DNA from: Candidatus Parcubacteria bacterium
Lineage (GTDB): Bacteria; Patescibacteriota; Microgenomatia; UBA12405
Length of the DNA stretch: 64,000 bases
Direction: 5' to 3'
Assembly: GCA_023396915.1 (NCBI GenBank)
Contig: JAEWUV010000002.1
Coordinates: 86,087-150,086 of the forward strand
Below, one piece after another: positions 9,728 to 18,783 of the stretch. Position numbers and translations under genes: made by a program. The notes under the pieces were generated by a model. It did no database searches. It was given only the letters and a program-made list of their open reading frames with translations, and was not told the DNA's origin. The first letter of the stretch is position 1, and every line of letters starts with the position of its first letter.

Positions 9728-10005
9728 AGTTTATTAACTTTACCACTAGGGGTTGAATTAACTTCGTTATTGTTTGGGTAAAAATTAATAGAATTAGATT
9801 CGATATTTTCCGGCCTTTTTTCAATCTCTTCTATAATGTCTAAATCAAGATTTGGATTAATGGGAGTAAGTAATTTATTTGAATCAACTTCTTTGACTGG
9901 ATTGACTAAATTAAAATAACTTTTTTGAACTATACTAGAAAAAATAGTCAAAAAACTAAAGATAGAGATAAAGATAAAATAAACTGATAGTTTCTTTTTA
10001 TTCAT
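9724..10005 (-). CDS. Small signal-anchored protein, function unknown
   Basis: 93 aa with an N-terminal hydrophobic segment. Translationally coupled to its neighbours. Confidence 0.3.
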   Translation of the reverse strand: MNKKKLSVYFIFISIFSFLTIFSSIVQKSYFNLVNPVKEVDSNKLLTPINPNLDLDIIEEIEKRPENIESNSINFYPNNNEVNSTPSGKVNKL

Positions 10006-10600
10006 TATTTATCGGTAAATAAGGTAAATTAGTTGATATATCCAAGTTGATGCCGTCTGTGGTTTGATTAATAGTAATAGAGTTAATATCTATAAGACGT
10101 CGACCGTAAGTTATATTGTTAATCATATTTAAAAGACTTGAATAAGGTCCACCGAGAGAGAGATTAACGTCGTAAGAGTATTTTTGAGAGTCGGTATTTT
10201 TTTGATTAGAAAGATTATATTTGAGTTGTTTTATAGAAACATCTGATTTACGTGATATGGAAGAAAAATTTGAGGCTGTTAGATAAAATTCGGGATTAGA
10301 AGGGTAACTTGATTCTAAAATCTGAAATTTTTCCTGAGCTTGAGCATAATTACTTTGAGCAGAAACAACATTAATTATTTTTTGTTTCATCGACTTGGTT
10401 GTAAGTTCTTTTGACTTAATTTCACCAACAAGTTTAGAAATGGCGGAGGCAGTAGGAGCTATGGCGGTAATTAAAAATACAGTTACCAAAAGAAAAGTGG
10501 CGCTAATTTCGACATATTTTAAAAATTTTTTATTTTCTGCTTGACTCCGAACATATCGATAAATGGATTGATTTTTGAACCAACTAGTTTGTTCTATCAT
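9998..10600 (-). CDS. Bitopic membrane protein, PilO-like topology (tentative)
   Basis: Short cytoplasmic N-terminus, one transmembrane helix, then a coiled-coil periplasmic region. Length is about 200 aa. Confidence 0.25.
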   Translation of the reverse strand: MIEQTSWFKNQSIYRYVRSQAENKKFLKYVEISATFLLVTVFLITAIAPTASAISKLVGEIKSKELTTKSMKQKIINVVSAQSNYAQAQEKFQILESSYPSNPEFYLTASNFSSISRKSDVSIKQLKYNLSNQKNTDSQKYSYDVNLSLGGPYSSLLNMINNITYGRRLIDINSITINQTTDGINLDISTNLPYLPINNE

Positions 10601-11166
10601 ATAGTTTGAGAATTTTTAAAAACTATAGAGATGTTAACTAAATAATTATTTTCTTGCTGTTTTTTTTCAATTTGATTAATTTTAACTGTTTCTATGTTAG
10701 GGTTAAGGGTTAAATTTTTAATAAAATCGATAATTGATGTTTCATTAAAAGCGATTAAAGAAGCGGTGGCAGATATTTTTTTTAGGTCTTCTTCTTTGCC
10801 AACTGACAGATTTTTGTAAATAATATCTTTTGGAGTGCTATTGACCAAGGTGGCTATTTTTTGATCATATTGAGGGTCGTTACGATAAAAAGCCTGAATA
10901 AACTCAAGTCTTTGTTGAAAAGATTTAAATTCACTTTCAAACTCTTGAGTGCTTTCTAAGATAGCTTGTTGCTGACGAATTGTTTCTGAAAGATCAGAAT
11001 TTTTTCTGTCTAACCAAAATCTAGAGATAAAAGCTGAAACAACAATCAGTTCAGTAAAAACAATAACCCAACGGCCAACGGTAGTGAGCCATTTGATGGC
11101 TTTAGCACTAAAGGAATTAGGATTTTCCGAATCTGGCAATAAAGATAACTCCTTTTTAATAGGCAT
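10597..11166 (-). CDS. Bitopic membrane protein, PilN-like (tentative)
   Basis: The N-terminal LSLLP motif resembles the PilN INLLP motif. One transmembrane helix plus coiled coil, 189 aa. No PilM gene is adjacent. Confidence 0.3.
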   Translation of the reverse strand: MPIKKELSLLPDSENPNSFSAKAIKWLTTVGRWVIVFTELIVVSAFISRFWLDRKNSDLSETIRQQQAILESTQEFESEFKSFQQRLEFIQAFYRNDPQYDQKIATLVNSTPKDIIYKNLSVGKEEDLKKISATASLIAFNETSIIDFIKNLTLNPNIETVKINQIEKKQQENNYLVNISIVFKNSQTI

Positions 11167-11210
11167 ACATTTAAGTATATATGACTATTAGTTTAAATTA
11201 AATACTTATC

Positions 11211-12848
11211 CTATCTGATCCTATCTGAGGAGGGTTTTTTAAAAGTTAATTTGTTTTTAAATTTTAAAAAATATTTTTGATAATCCTGATACTCATCTAA
11301 TTTTAAGAATTTGACGCTATAAATATAAGAAATAATTCCAGTTAAACTGGAGGCAGAAAATACAATTGCTAAAGGAATAGTTCTGGTAGTATCAAGTAAA
11401 AATAAATCCATAAACTTGAGGCTTACCCAAGTAAAAATACCCATAAATAAAGAGGAAAGGAGTATTTTATTAACTTTTTTTAAGGTTTTTAGCCAATCAA
11501 AACCATCAACAAGTTTGATAAAGAAATAAAAAAGACCAACTGTTTGAATAAGATTTCCAATGGTTGAACTTATGGCTAAACCAATAACACCAAGCGAAGT
11601 AAAATTGATTAAAAGGAAACTAGTAATGACGTTAAAAAATAAAGAAACTAAGGAAACTTTAAAGGGAATTTTGGTATTGTGAAGTGCATAAAAAGAACGA
11701 ACTAAGATTTGAATTATAGCCTGACAAATAATAGCTGGAGTTAAAAAAGCTAAAATTCTGGCAGTGGTTAAAGTAGCTTCCCAAGGGAAGTTTTGAGAAC
11801 CAAAAAGGAGGCGGACGATGGCTAATCTTTGGACTAAAATAATAACGGTTACAGGCATAGCAATGAATAGACTTTGGGTAAGGATTTTGGCGATGGTATC
11901 ACGAAAATCCTTAAGTTCATTTCTGGCGATGTTTTTTGATAAAATTGGCAAAGAAGCCTGTCCAACAGTGGTTCCAAAGATACGGCTGGGAAGATACATT
12001 AGTTGTAAAGCCAAATTAAGCAAGGAGATAGAACCGACGGACAAACCACTGGCAAAAAATAAAGTAACGGTATTTTCAATTTCACCTAATCCAAGGGATA
12101 AACTACGAGGGATCATCAATCTAAAAACTTCTCTGACTTCTTTGAGTTTGGTGGTAATAATTAATTCATACTTAAATCCCTGACGTTTAACTACCGGAAT
12201 TTGGATGGCCAAATGGAAAAAAGCGCCGACAACAGCTCCGTAGACCACTCCGTAAATACCAAAAATCGGGGCTAGAGTAAAAATACTTAAGATGATAAAA
12301 AGGTTATAAACGATGGGAGAAAGGGCTGGAATTATAAAAATTTGGTTAACTTGCAAAATAGCAGTAATAAAATTACTGATTAAGAAAAAAATCTGAGCAA
12401 TAAGTAAAATTCTGGTTAAATTGACCATTAAATCTAACTGCTCTGGATTAAAACCAGCGGCGATTAAGTTATTTAGGGGTCGGGTAAAAATTAAAACAAT
12501 AATGGCGGCGACAGCAAATATTAAAAACAGAAGATTGATGACGCTAGAGGCAATTTTGTAAGCTTTTTTGGGATCTTTTTGTAGGCTCGCTGAAAATACC
12601 GGGATAAAAGAAGCGGATAAAGCACCGGTAACTAAAAGTTTAAAAATTAAATCGGGAAGGCGAAAAGCGGCATTGTAAACATCGAGCTGGGCGGTACAAC
12701 ATTTAAAAAAGGCAGCGTATAAAAAACGACTTCTGAGAAAACCTAAAATAGCAGATAATCCGAAAGTTACGGCTAAAACAATAGATGCTGACAAGATGGT
12801 ATGTTGTTTTCTTTGGGTGAAAGATTGGATTTTTTGGCTCAGCATCAT
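11211..12848 (-). CDS. murJ: Lipid II flippase MurJ (MviN)
   Basis: 545-aa polytopic protein. The N-terminus (LSASIVLAVTFGLSAILGFLRSRFLYAAFF...YNAAFRLPDLIFKLLVTGALSASFIPVF) aligns with the MurJ consensus. Confidence 0.8.
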   Translation of the reverse strand: MMLSQKIQSFTQRKQHTILSASIVLAVTFGLSAILGFLRSRFLYAAFFKCCTAQLDVYNAAFRLPDLIFKLLVTGALSASFIPVFSASLQKDPKKAYKIASSVINLLFLIFAVAAIIVLIFTRPLNNLIAAGFNPEQLDLMVNLTRILLIAQIFFLISNFITAILQVNQIFIIPALSPIVYNLFIILSIFTLAPIFGIYGVVYGAVVGAFFHLAIQIPVVKRQGFKYELIITTKLKEVREVFRLMIPRSLSLGLGEIENTVTLFFASGLSVGSISLLNLALQLMYLPSRIFGTTVGQASLPILSKNIARNELKDFRDTIAKILTQSLFIAMPVTVIILVQRLAIVRLLFGSQNFPWEATLTTARILAFLTPAIICQAIIQILVRSFYALHNTKIPFKVSLVSLFFNVITSFLLINFTSLGVIGLAISSTIGNLIQTVGLFYFFIKLVDGFDWLKTLKKVNKILLSSLFMGIFTWVSLKFMDLFLLDTTRTIPLAIVFSASSLTGIISYIYSVKFLKLDEYQDYQKYFLKFKNKLTFKKPSSDRIR

Positions 12849-12865
12849 ACGTGTATTATAAATTC

Positions 12866-12894
12866 TTGTAAATGATTGGTATATAGGATAGAAT
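12866..12894 (+). promoter_or_regulatory. Candidate sigma70-type promoter (TTGTAA, 17-nt spacer, TAGAAT) for rpsT, giving a near-leaderless transcript
   Basis: The -35 box lies at 12866-12871 and the -10 box at 12889-12894, with a 17-nt spacer. The rpsT ATG at 12902 is only 7 nt downstream. Confidence 0.35.
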
Positions 12895-12901
12895 ATCTCT
12901 C

Positions 12902-13192
12902 ATGCCAATAAGTTTATCTGCAAAAAAATCACTAAGAAAGTCTGTTAAAAATAACAGGAAGAATGTTTTATTTAAAACAAAACTAAAATTGACGGTTAAA
13001 AAATTTTTAGCCAAACCGTCGGCTGATGTTTTGAAGAATGTATATTCTCTTTTGGATAAAGCCGTAAAAAATGGTATTTATCATAAAAATAAAGTTGCCA
13101 GATTAAAGTCTAACTACTCTAAAAAAGTTAAAGGGGATGCCCAAACTGTCAAAAAAACTACTGCAAAAAAGGTCACAAAAAAAAGTAAATAA
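12902..13192 (+). CDS. rpsT: 30S ribosomal protein S20
   Basis: Begins SAKKSLRKSVKNNRKN, contains GIYHKNKVARLKS, and is lysine-rich. This is the typical bS20 pattern. Confidence 0.8.
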   Translation: MPISLSAKKSLRKSVKNNRKNVLFKTKLKLTVKKFLAKPSADVLKNVYSLLDKAVKNGIYHKNKVARLKSNYSKKVKGDAQTVKKTTAKKVTKKSK

Positions 13193-13226
13193 GGGTAAAT
13201 TTTGAACTTCTGGGTTAAAATCTGTT

Positions 13227-14657
13227 ATGGACAAATTTTTTATAACGACTCCGATTTATTACATTAATGATATCCCCCATATTGGGCATACCTGTACCAC
13301 AGTGGCGGCCGACATTGTGGCCAGAACCCATAAAATATTAAATGAAGAAGTGTTTTTTTTGACAGGAACAGACGAACATGGCCAAAAAGTAGCCGAATCG
13401 GCGGCTGAACAAAATTTAAAACCAATTGATTATTGCGACAAAATTTCACCCAGATTTAAGGAAGCTTGGGAAAATTTAAACATTAATTTTGACTATTTTA
13501 TAAGGACAACTGACCCAAATCATGAAAAAGTAGTACAGGAATTATTGCAAAAAATTTATGACAATGGAGATGCTTACAAAGATAAATACGAAGGACTTTA
13601 TTGTGTTGGTTGTGAAAAGTTTTTGACTGAAAGTGAGTTAGTAGATGGACATTGCCCCCTACACCCACCGGAAAAAACAGTAAAAAAATCAGAGGAAAAT
13701 TGGTTTTTTAGATTAAGTAAGTATGTTCCAAAATTGATTGAATTAATTGAAAATAATGAAACTAATTATATTTTCCCCGAGGGTAAAAGATCGGAAATCT
13801 TGGCTAAATTAAAAGCAGGAGTAAGAGATATTTCATTGTCACGGGAAAACGTGGAATGGGGAATTTCTGTCCCTTGGGATCCTAAACAAACAGTTTATGT
13901 TTGGTTTGATGCTTTAATTAATTATTACAGTGCGACACAATTTGTAGAAGGTAAAAAAGATTTTTGGCCGGCTAATGTTCATTTAATTGGAAAAGAAATT
14001 TTGTGGTTTCATACCGTGATTTGGCAAGCAATGTTGTTGTCGGCCGGATTTAGCGTGGATCAACTTCCTAAAAAAGTTTATATCCATAGTTTTTATATGA
14101 TTGATGGCCAAAAGATGTCAAAATCTTTGGGTAACGTAATTTCCCCAGGTCAATTAATAGAACTTTTTGGAGTAGACGGAGCGAGATATTTAATCGCCCG
14201 ATCTTTTCCAAACGAAAATGATAGTGATGTGGGAATCGAAAGATTTAAAGAAAAATATAATGCCGATTTGGCCAATAATTTGGGGAATTTAGTATCGAGA
14301 GTATGTAAATTGGCAGAGAACCAAACCCCTCAGTCCCTCGATAAACTCGGGACAGCTCCCCTTGATGAAGGGGAGCCATTCTTTAAATTGATCAATCAAT
14401 TTAAATTTGATGAAGCTTTTGGATGGGTGTTTTCAGAATTTGTTGATAAAACCAACAATTATTTAAACCAAGAAACTCCATGGAAGCTAGAAAAAAATGA
14501 TCCAAAAAGAAAAGAAGTTTTACTGACGTGTATTGCTAATTTGCAAAAGGCAGGATTTTATTTACAGGCGGTAATGCCAGAAACCGCTCAAAAAATATTA
14601 GATTGTTTTAATGGTGAAATTAAACCGCTAGAAAAGCCATTGTTTCCGAGGATTTAG
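13227..14657 (+). CDS. metG: Methionyl-tRNA synthetase (short form)
   Basis: Class I aminoacyl-tRNA synthetase HIGH motif (PHIGHTCT) and KMSKS motif (GQKMSKSLGN). A CxxC...CP zinc knuckle is also present. Confidence 0.9.
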   Translation: MDKFFITTPIYYINDIPHIGHTCTTVAADIVARTHKILNEEVFFLTGTDEHGQKVAESAAEQNLKPIDYCDKISPRFKEAWENLNINFDYFIRTTDPNHEKVVQELLQKIYDNGDAYKDKYEGLYCVGCEKFLTESELVDGHCPLHPPEKTVKKSEENWFFRLSKYVPKLIELIENNETNYIFPEGKRSEILAKLKAGVRDISLSRENVEWGISVPWDPKQTVYVWFDALINYYSATQFVEGKKDFWPANVHLIGKEILWFHTVIWQAMLLSAGFSVDQLPKKVYIHSFYMIDGQKMSKSLGNVISPGQLIELFGVDGARYLIARSFPNENDSDVGIERFKEKYNADLANNLGNLVSRVCKLAENQTPQSLDKLGTAPLDEGEPFFKLINQFKFDEAFGWVFSEFVDKTNNYLNQETPWKLEKNDPKRKEVLLTCIANLQKAGFYLQAVMPETAQKILDCFNGEIKPLEKPLFPRI

Positions 14658-14658
14658 A

Positions 14659-15387
14659 ATGATTGATACACATGCTCATCTGTCCAGCCGGTTTAGTGAG
14701 GAGATAAAAATAGAGGGATTGGATTATGTAGTTTTGTCGGCTAGTTGTCTGCAAGATTCAAAAGACAATTTGGAATTAGCCAAAACTAATAAAAAATTAT
14801 TGCCGGCAATTGGAATTCATCCACAAGAAATTAATGATAGTTTTATCGATTTAGAAAAATTGTTTGACGATAGAGTAGTAGCGATTGGAGAGTGCGGTTT
14901 GGAATTTACTGATGAAGTCAATGAAGGTGATAAGAAAAAACAAGGTGAACTTTTTAAAAAACAAATAGAATTGGCTCAAAAAGTTGATAGACCACTGATT
15001 GTTCATAGCCGACAGGCCAGTGATGAAATGTTGGAAATATTAGGGAATTATAAAAATTTGTCCGGAGTAATTCATTGTTACACCGGGGGTAAAAAAAGAA
15101 TAAAAAAATATTTAGATTTACCTGGAGTGTGGTATTTCGGAATTGACGGGAATTTGACTTATGAACCGGGGCTGGAAGAAGTGGTTAAAAATATACCAAA
15201 AGATAGACTAGTTTTAGAAACTGACTCCCCTTTTCTGACACCGATTCCTCACAGAGGAGAAAAAAATTATCCGGAATATGTAAAATATGTTTATCAAAAA
15301 GTAGCCGAAATCTGGCAAATGAGTTTTGAATCAACCGAAACAATTATCGACGAAAACGCAAAAAGATTATTTAGAATAAAACCCTAA
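14659..15387 (+). CDS. tatD: TatD-family metal-dependent deoxyribonuclease/hydrolase
   Basis: N-terminal MIDTHAHL plus the conserved GECGLE, HSR and LETDSP blocks. Confidence 0.85.
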   Translation: MIDTHAHLSSRFSEEIKIEGLDYVVLSASCLQDSKDNLELAKTNKKLLPAIGIHPQEINDSFIDLEKLFDDRVVAIGECGLEFTDEVNEGDKKKQGELFKKQIELAQKVDRPLIVHSRQASDEMLEILGNYKNLSGVIHCYTGGKKRIKKYLDLPGVWYFGIDGNLTYEPGLEEVVKNIPKDRLVLETDSPFLTPIPHRGEKNYPEYVKYVYQKVAEIWQMSFESTETIIDENAKRLFRIKP

Positions 15388-15422
15388 CCCTTCCCTTTCC
15401 CTTGACAGGGCAAGGGTAAAAG
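15381..15422 (+). repeat. REP-like hairpin element, copy A (accctaaccc head followed by a cccttg-acaggg-caaggg stem-loop)
   Basis: Nearly identical to 63482..63523. It sits between the convergent genes tatD (+) and 15439..15678 (-) and contributes the tatD stop codon. Confidence 0.5.
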
Positions 15423-15438
15423 CCAATTAGCCTAATTT

Positions 15439-15678
15439 TTACAAGTATTCCTGGATTATGGATTCGAGTTCGGAGGAGCTCGGATATCTGTCGACAAAAA
15501 CTACTTCATTATCAATAAGAAGAACAGTCCGGCCTTGAACACCCATGCTGTAAACACGAGACATATCATGGATATATTCAGGATCGTATTCAATTTGAAG
15601 ACGCTTACAAACAGTTTCGATATTGGTAAATAGTTTTTTCCCCTCTGGAGTTCCTCTGTCAAAAAGTTGAATGCGCAT
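15439..15678 (-). CDS. Small thioredoxin-fold-like protein lacking the CxxC motif (tentative)
   Basis: 79 aa. The pattern MRIQLFDRGTPEGKKLF...VLLIDNEVVF mirrors Thioredoxin_3-type proteins (MKIEVFGTGCPKCKKL...PALVIDG), but both cysteines and the cis-Pro are replaced. Confidence 0.3.
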   Translation of the reverse strand: MRIQLFDRGTPEGKKLFTNIETVCKRLQIEYDPEYIHDMSRVYSMGVQGRTVLLIDNEVVFVDRYPSSSELESIIQEYL

Positions 15679-15694
15679 AAATTATTTTAATAAA

Positions 15695-15892
15695 TTAAAA
15701 ATCAAAATCGCCATATCTACGGAATAACTCATTTGACTCCCGAGCCATTCTCGATATCTCTTCATCTGTCAATCCAAAATACGGTTTATCTAAATCTGCA
15801 ACTGTATATATGCCTTGTGCATTTTGAGGTTTTGTTTCTGTTGGTTGTTGATTGGTATCAATAGCGCCTGGTTTACTTTCTGGATTACTCAT
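15695..15892 (-). CDS. Hypothetical small protein
   Basis: 65-aa ORF in an operon position between folD and the thioredoxin-like gene. No recognisable motif. Confidence 0.3.
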   Translation of the reverse strand: MSNPESKPGAIDTNQQPTETKPQNAQGIYTVADLDKPYFGLTDEEISRMARESNELFRRYGDFDF

Positions 15893-15909
15893 AAGTTATT
15901 TTAACAAAT

Positions 15910-16743
15910 TTATTTTTTGGTGAGTTGGACGGTGTTGAATAACAACGAGGCGACGGTCATGGGACCGACACCACCGGGGACAGGTGTGATGTAACTAACT
16001 TTGTCTTTGATAGCTTCGAAATTGAAATCACCGGTAGTTTTGCCGGTAACAGGGTCGGCAGCATAGCCGACATCAATTATGACAGCATCTTTTTTGACAA
16101 ATTCAGGGCCTAAAAATTTTGGTTTACCAATGGCAGAAATCAGAATATCAGCTTGAGATGTGATTTGAGAAAGATTTTGAGTGTGGGAATGACAAATGGT
16201 AACAGTACAGTTTTTGGCTAAAAGTCGGGCAAAAAGAGGGAGACTAACATCGGGACTACGACCAATTATTACCGCATTTTTACCGTCTAAATCAATATTA
16301 TATTCTTCGATTAATTTAATCACCCCTAAGGCAGTAGCGGCAGTAATTCCAGTTGATTTTTTTTGAAAAAGTAAACCTAAATTTGTCGGGCTGAGACCAT
16401 CGGCATCTTTGTTAGGGTCAATGGCAGAAAGAACGGTAAGAGTATCAATTTGGGACGGAAGAGGAAGTTGGACCATAAGTCCGGTTATTTGATTGTCTTG
16501 GTTAAGTTTTTGAATAAGAGAAACAACATCCTGGGTTGATGAATTTTCGGGTAATCGATGAATTTGGCCGCTGATGCCAATGGATTCAGCTTTTTTCTGT
16601 TTCATTTCGACATACTTAACACTGGGAAGATATTCCCCTACCAAAACAATATCCAGTCTTGGGTCAAGATTTAAAGAATTGATTTCTTGTTTAAGAGAAT
16701 CAAGGATTTTTTCGGAAAGTTTTTTGCCGTCTAATGTAGTCAT
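15910..16743 (-). CDS. folD: Bifunctional methylenetetrahydrofolate dehydrogenase / methenyltetrahydrofolate cyclohydrolase
   Basis: Contains VIIGRSPDVSLPLFARLLAKNCTVTICHSHT and PVPGGVGPMTVA, both characteristic FolD blocks. Confidence 0.9.
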   Translation of the reverse strand: MTTLDGKKLSEKILDSLKQEINSLNLDPRLDIVLVGEYLPSVKYVEMKQKKAESIGISGQIHRLPENSSTQDVVSLIQKLNQDNQITGLMVQLPLPSQIDTLTVLSAIDPNKDADGLSPTNLGLLFQKKSTGITAATALGVIKLIEEYNIDLDGKNAVIIGRSPDVSLPLFARLLAKNCTVTICHSHTQNLSQITSQADILISAIGKPKFLGPEFVKKDAVIIDVGYAADPVTGKTTGDFNFEAIKDKVSYITPVPGGVGPMTVASLLFNTVQLTKK

Positions 16744-16769
16744 AATTTAGTATACACAATCTCCCCTAG

Positions 16770-16789
16770 CCCCTCTTTCACAAGAGGGG
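16770..16789 (-). terminator. Hairpin (8-bp stem CCCCTCTT/AAGAGGGG, 4-nt loop) between map and folD; possible terminator or attenuator
   Basis: Perfect inverted repeat read directly from the sequence. No strong T-tract follows, so its function is uncertain. Confidence 0.3.
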
Positions 16790-16805
16790 GACAGAAAGTA
16801 ATTTG

Positions 16806-17561
16806 TTAAATAGTTAAAATTTCATGGCCAGTTTTAGTAATTAAAACTGTATGTTCAAATTGGGCTGAAAGAGAATGGTCAAAAGTGCGGATAGTCCAAG
16901 AATCGTTTTGATCAAGAGTAACTCGATGATCAGACGAGGCGTTAATCATTGGCTCGACGGTAAAAATCATACCAGGTTTTAAGACAACCTTTTCTTTGGG
17001 ATAATCAAAGTGGTAAACAAATGGGTCTTCGTGAAATTTAATACCGACGCCGTGACCACCAAGTTCCCGGACAACACTAAAACCAAATTTTTTAACGTAA
17101 GGTTCTATGACTTTACCAACACAGTCGTTTAGGGTTCGGCCCGGTTTAAGATAGTCGATGGCTAAATGCATGGACTTTTTAGTAATATCAATTAGTTTTT
17201 GGGCTCCGACGGAAATTTTGCCAACAGGAAAAGTGGCTGAAGTGTCGCCATAAAAACCATTAAAAATGGTAGTTATATCCAGATTGATGATATCCCCTTC
17301 TTTTAATATTTCTTTTTTTGAAGGAATACCATGACAAACAACGTCATTTATAGAAGTACAGATACTTTTGGGAAAACCACCATAGTTTAGAGGGGCCGGA
17401 ATAGCATGATGATCAATAACAAATTTGTGAGCTAATTCATTCAATTTTTGGGTAGAAATACCCGGCTTAACAAAGGCGGATAGATAATTCAGAGTTTCGG
17501 CGGCCAATTTTGATGATGCTCTGATTCCCTCAATCTGTTGGGGAGTTTTGATAATAATCAC
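16806..17561 (-). CDS. map: Methionine aminopeptidase type I (probable GTG start)
   Basis: MetAP-I conserved metal-binding residue context (DITTIFNGFYGD, HGVGIKFHE). Length 251 aa. The first codon reads GTG. Confidence 0.9.
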   Translation of the reverse strand: MIIIKTPQQIEGIRASSKLAAETLNYLSAFVKPGISTQKLNELAHKFVIDHHAIPAPLNYGGFPKSICTSINDVVCHGIPSKKEILKEGDIINLDITTIFNGFYGDTSATFPVGKISVGAQKLIDITKKSMHLAIDYLKPGRTLNDCVGKVIEPYVKKFGFSVVRELGGHGVGIKFHEDPFVYHFDYPKEKVVLKPGMIFTVEPMINASSDHRVTLDQNDSWTIRTFDHSLSAQFEHTVLITKTGHEILTI

Positions 17562-17592
17562 TCTTTAATTATACCTCAAGATAAACGAATTT

Positions 17593-18363
17593 GTGATAAG
17601 ATTGGGAGGTATGCAAAATACGTCATGGGAAAAATCAAGTAAATGGTACAAAAAAATTGTGGGTGATGAAGGCCATTATTTTCACCAAGCGGTAATTTTT
17701 CCAAAAATAAAAGAGTTAATTGATGTTGGTAAGGTTGGGTCTGTTTTGGATTTGGCTTGTGGTCAAGGAATATTTGAAAGACAAATAAATAAAGATTCAG
17801 ATTATGTGGGGGTAGATATTTCTAGAAGTTTGATAGAAGAGGCAAAGAATAAAAGTCAAAATTCAAGGCATATTTTTTTGACTGCTGATGTCAGTAAAAA
17901 ACTTCCTCTGAAGGAAAATTATTTTGATTTGGTAACAATAATTTTGGCGTTACAAAATATAAAAGACATTGACGGCGTCGTCAAAAATGCATCGATTCAT
18001 CTTAAAAATGGAGGTGAATTTTTAATAATTCTTAATCACCCGATTTTTAGAATTCCAAGGCAAAGTTCTTGGGGAGTTGATGAAAAAAATAAAATACAAT
18101 ACAGACGGGTTGATAAATACATGAGCGAGATGGAGATTCCGATTTTTACCAATCCGGGAAGATATGAACAATCAGAGAAAACTTGGTCATTTCATCACCC
18201 TTTATCAAAATACAGCGAAAGCCTGTTTAAAAATGATTTTGTAATTGAGAGAATTGATGAATGGGTGTCGGATAAAAAAAGTACTGGTGGTAGGGCAAAA
18301 ATGGAAAATAGAGCCAGAGAAGAAATACCGATGTTTATGGCGATACTGGCAAAGAAGGTTTAG
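17593..18363 (+). CDS. Class I SAM-dependent methyltransferase
   Basis: Motif I VLDLACGQGIFE and the methyltransferase type 11 fold pattern. Confidence 0.7.
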   Translation: MIRLGGMQNTSWEKSSKWYKKIVGDEGHYFHQAVIFPKIKELIDVGKVGSVLDLACGQGIFERQINKDSDYVGVDISRSLIEEAKNKSQNSRHIFLTADVSKKLPLKENYFDLVTIILALQNIKDIDGVVKNASIHLKNGGEFLIILNHPIFRIPRQSSWGVDEKNKIQYRRVDKYMSEMEIPIFTNPGRYEQSEKTWSFHHPLSKYSESLFKNDFVIERIDEWVSDKKSTGGRAKMENRAREEIPMFMAILAKKV

Positions 18364-18782
18364 TTATTTTCTTTGACAAAAATGTGGCAATGCCAAATTT
18401 CAAAAACTGATTTAGCACACTCGGCATTTTCAAACCAAAGGTAATCATTTTTTGGAAATTTTAGGTTAATTTGTTTTTCAACTTCATCATCACTTAATTT
18501 ACCTTGACGACTCCATAAACAATAATGAGTAATTTTTTCTGGAATAAATTTGAGTAAATTACCATAAGGAAACTGGTTTCTAGAAATAGATATGTCTTGG
18601 TTAGAAAAAGTGGCAATCAAAACCTTTAGACGAGTGTCTTTGTCGACTAACTCTTGATATTTTTGATAAAAAAGTTGATTGTCAGGGAAACGAAAATTGT
18701 CAGATTGGGTTGATTTAATAAAATTAATTTTTGATTTTAAATCTTGCCAAGTCTTTGGAAAATTATCTTCGGAAACAATCAT
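18360..18782 (-). CDS. Hypothetical protein
   Basis: 140-aa ORF immediately downstream of the OFOR genes. No confident family assignment. Confidence 0.3.
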   Translation of the reverse strand: MIVSEDNFPKTWQDLKSKINFIKSTQSDNFRFPDNQLFYQKYQELVDKDTRLKVLIATFSNQDISISRNQFPYGNLLKFIPEKITHYCLWSRQGKLSDDEVEKQINLKFPKNDYLWFENAECAKSVFEIWHCHIFVKENN

Positions 18783-18783
18783 T

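Noticed and set aside
15381-15390. Telomere-like CCCTAACCC(T) repeat
   Set aside because: Only about 1.5 repeat units are present, as the head of the REP-like element. No array, so no telomeric function is suspected.
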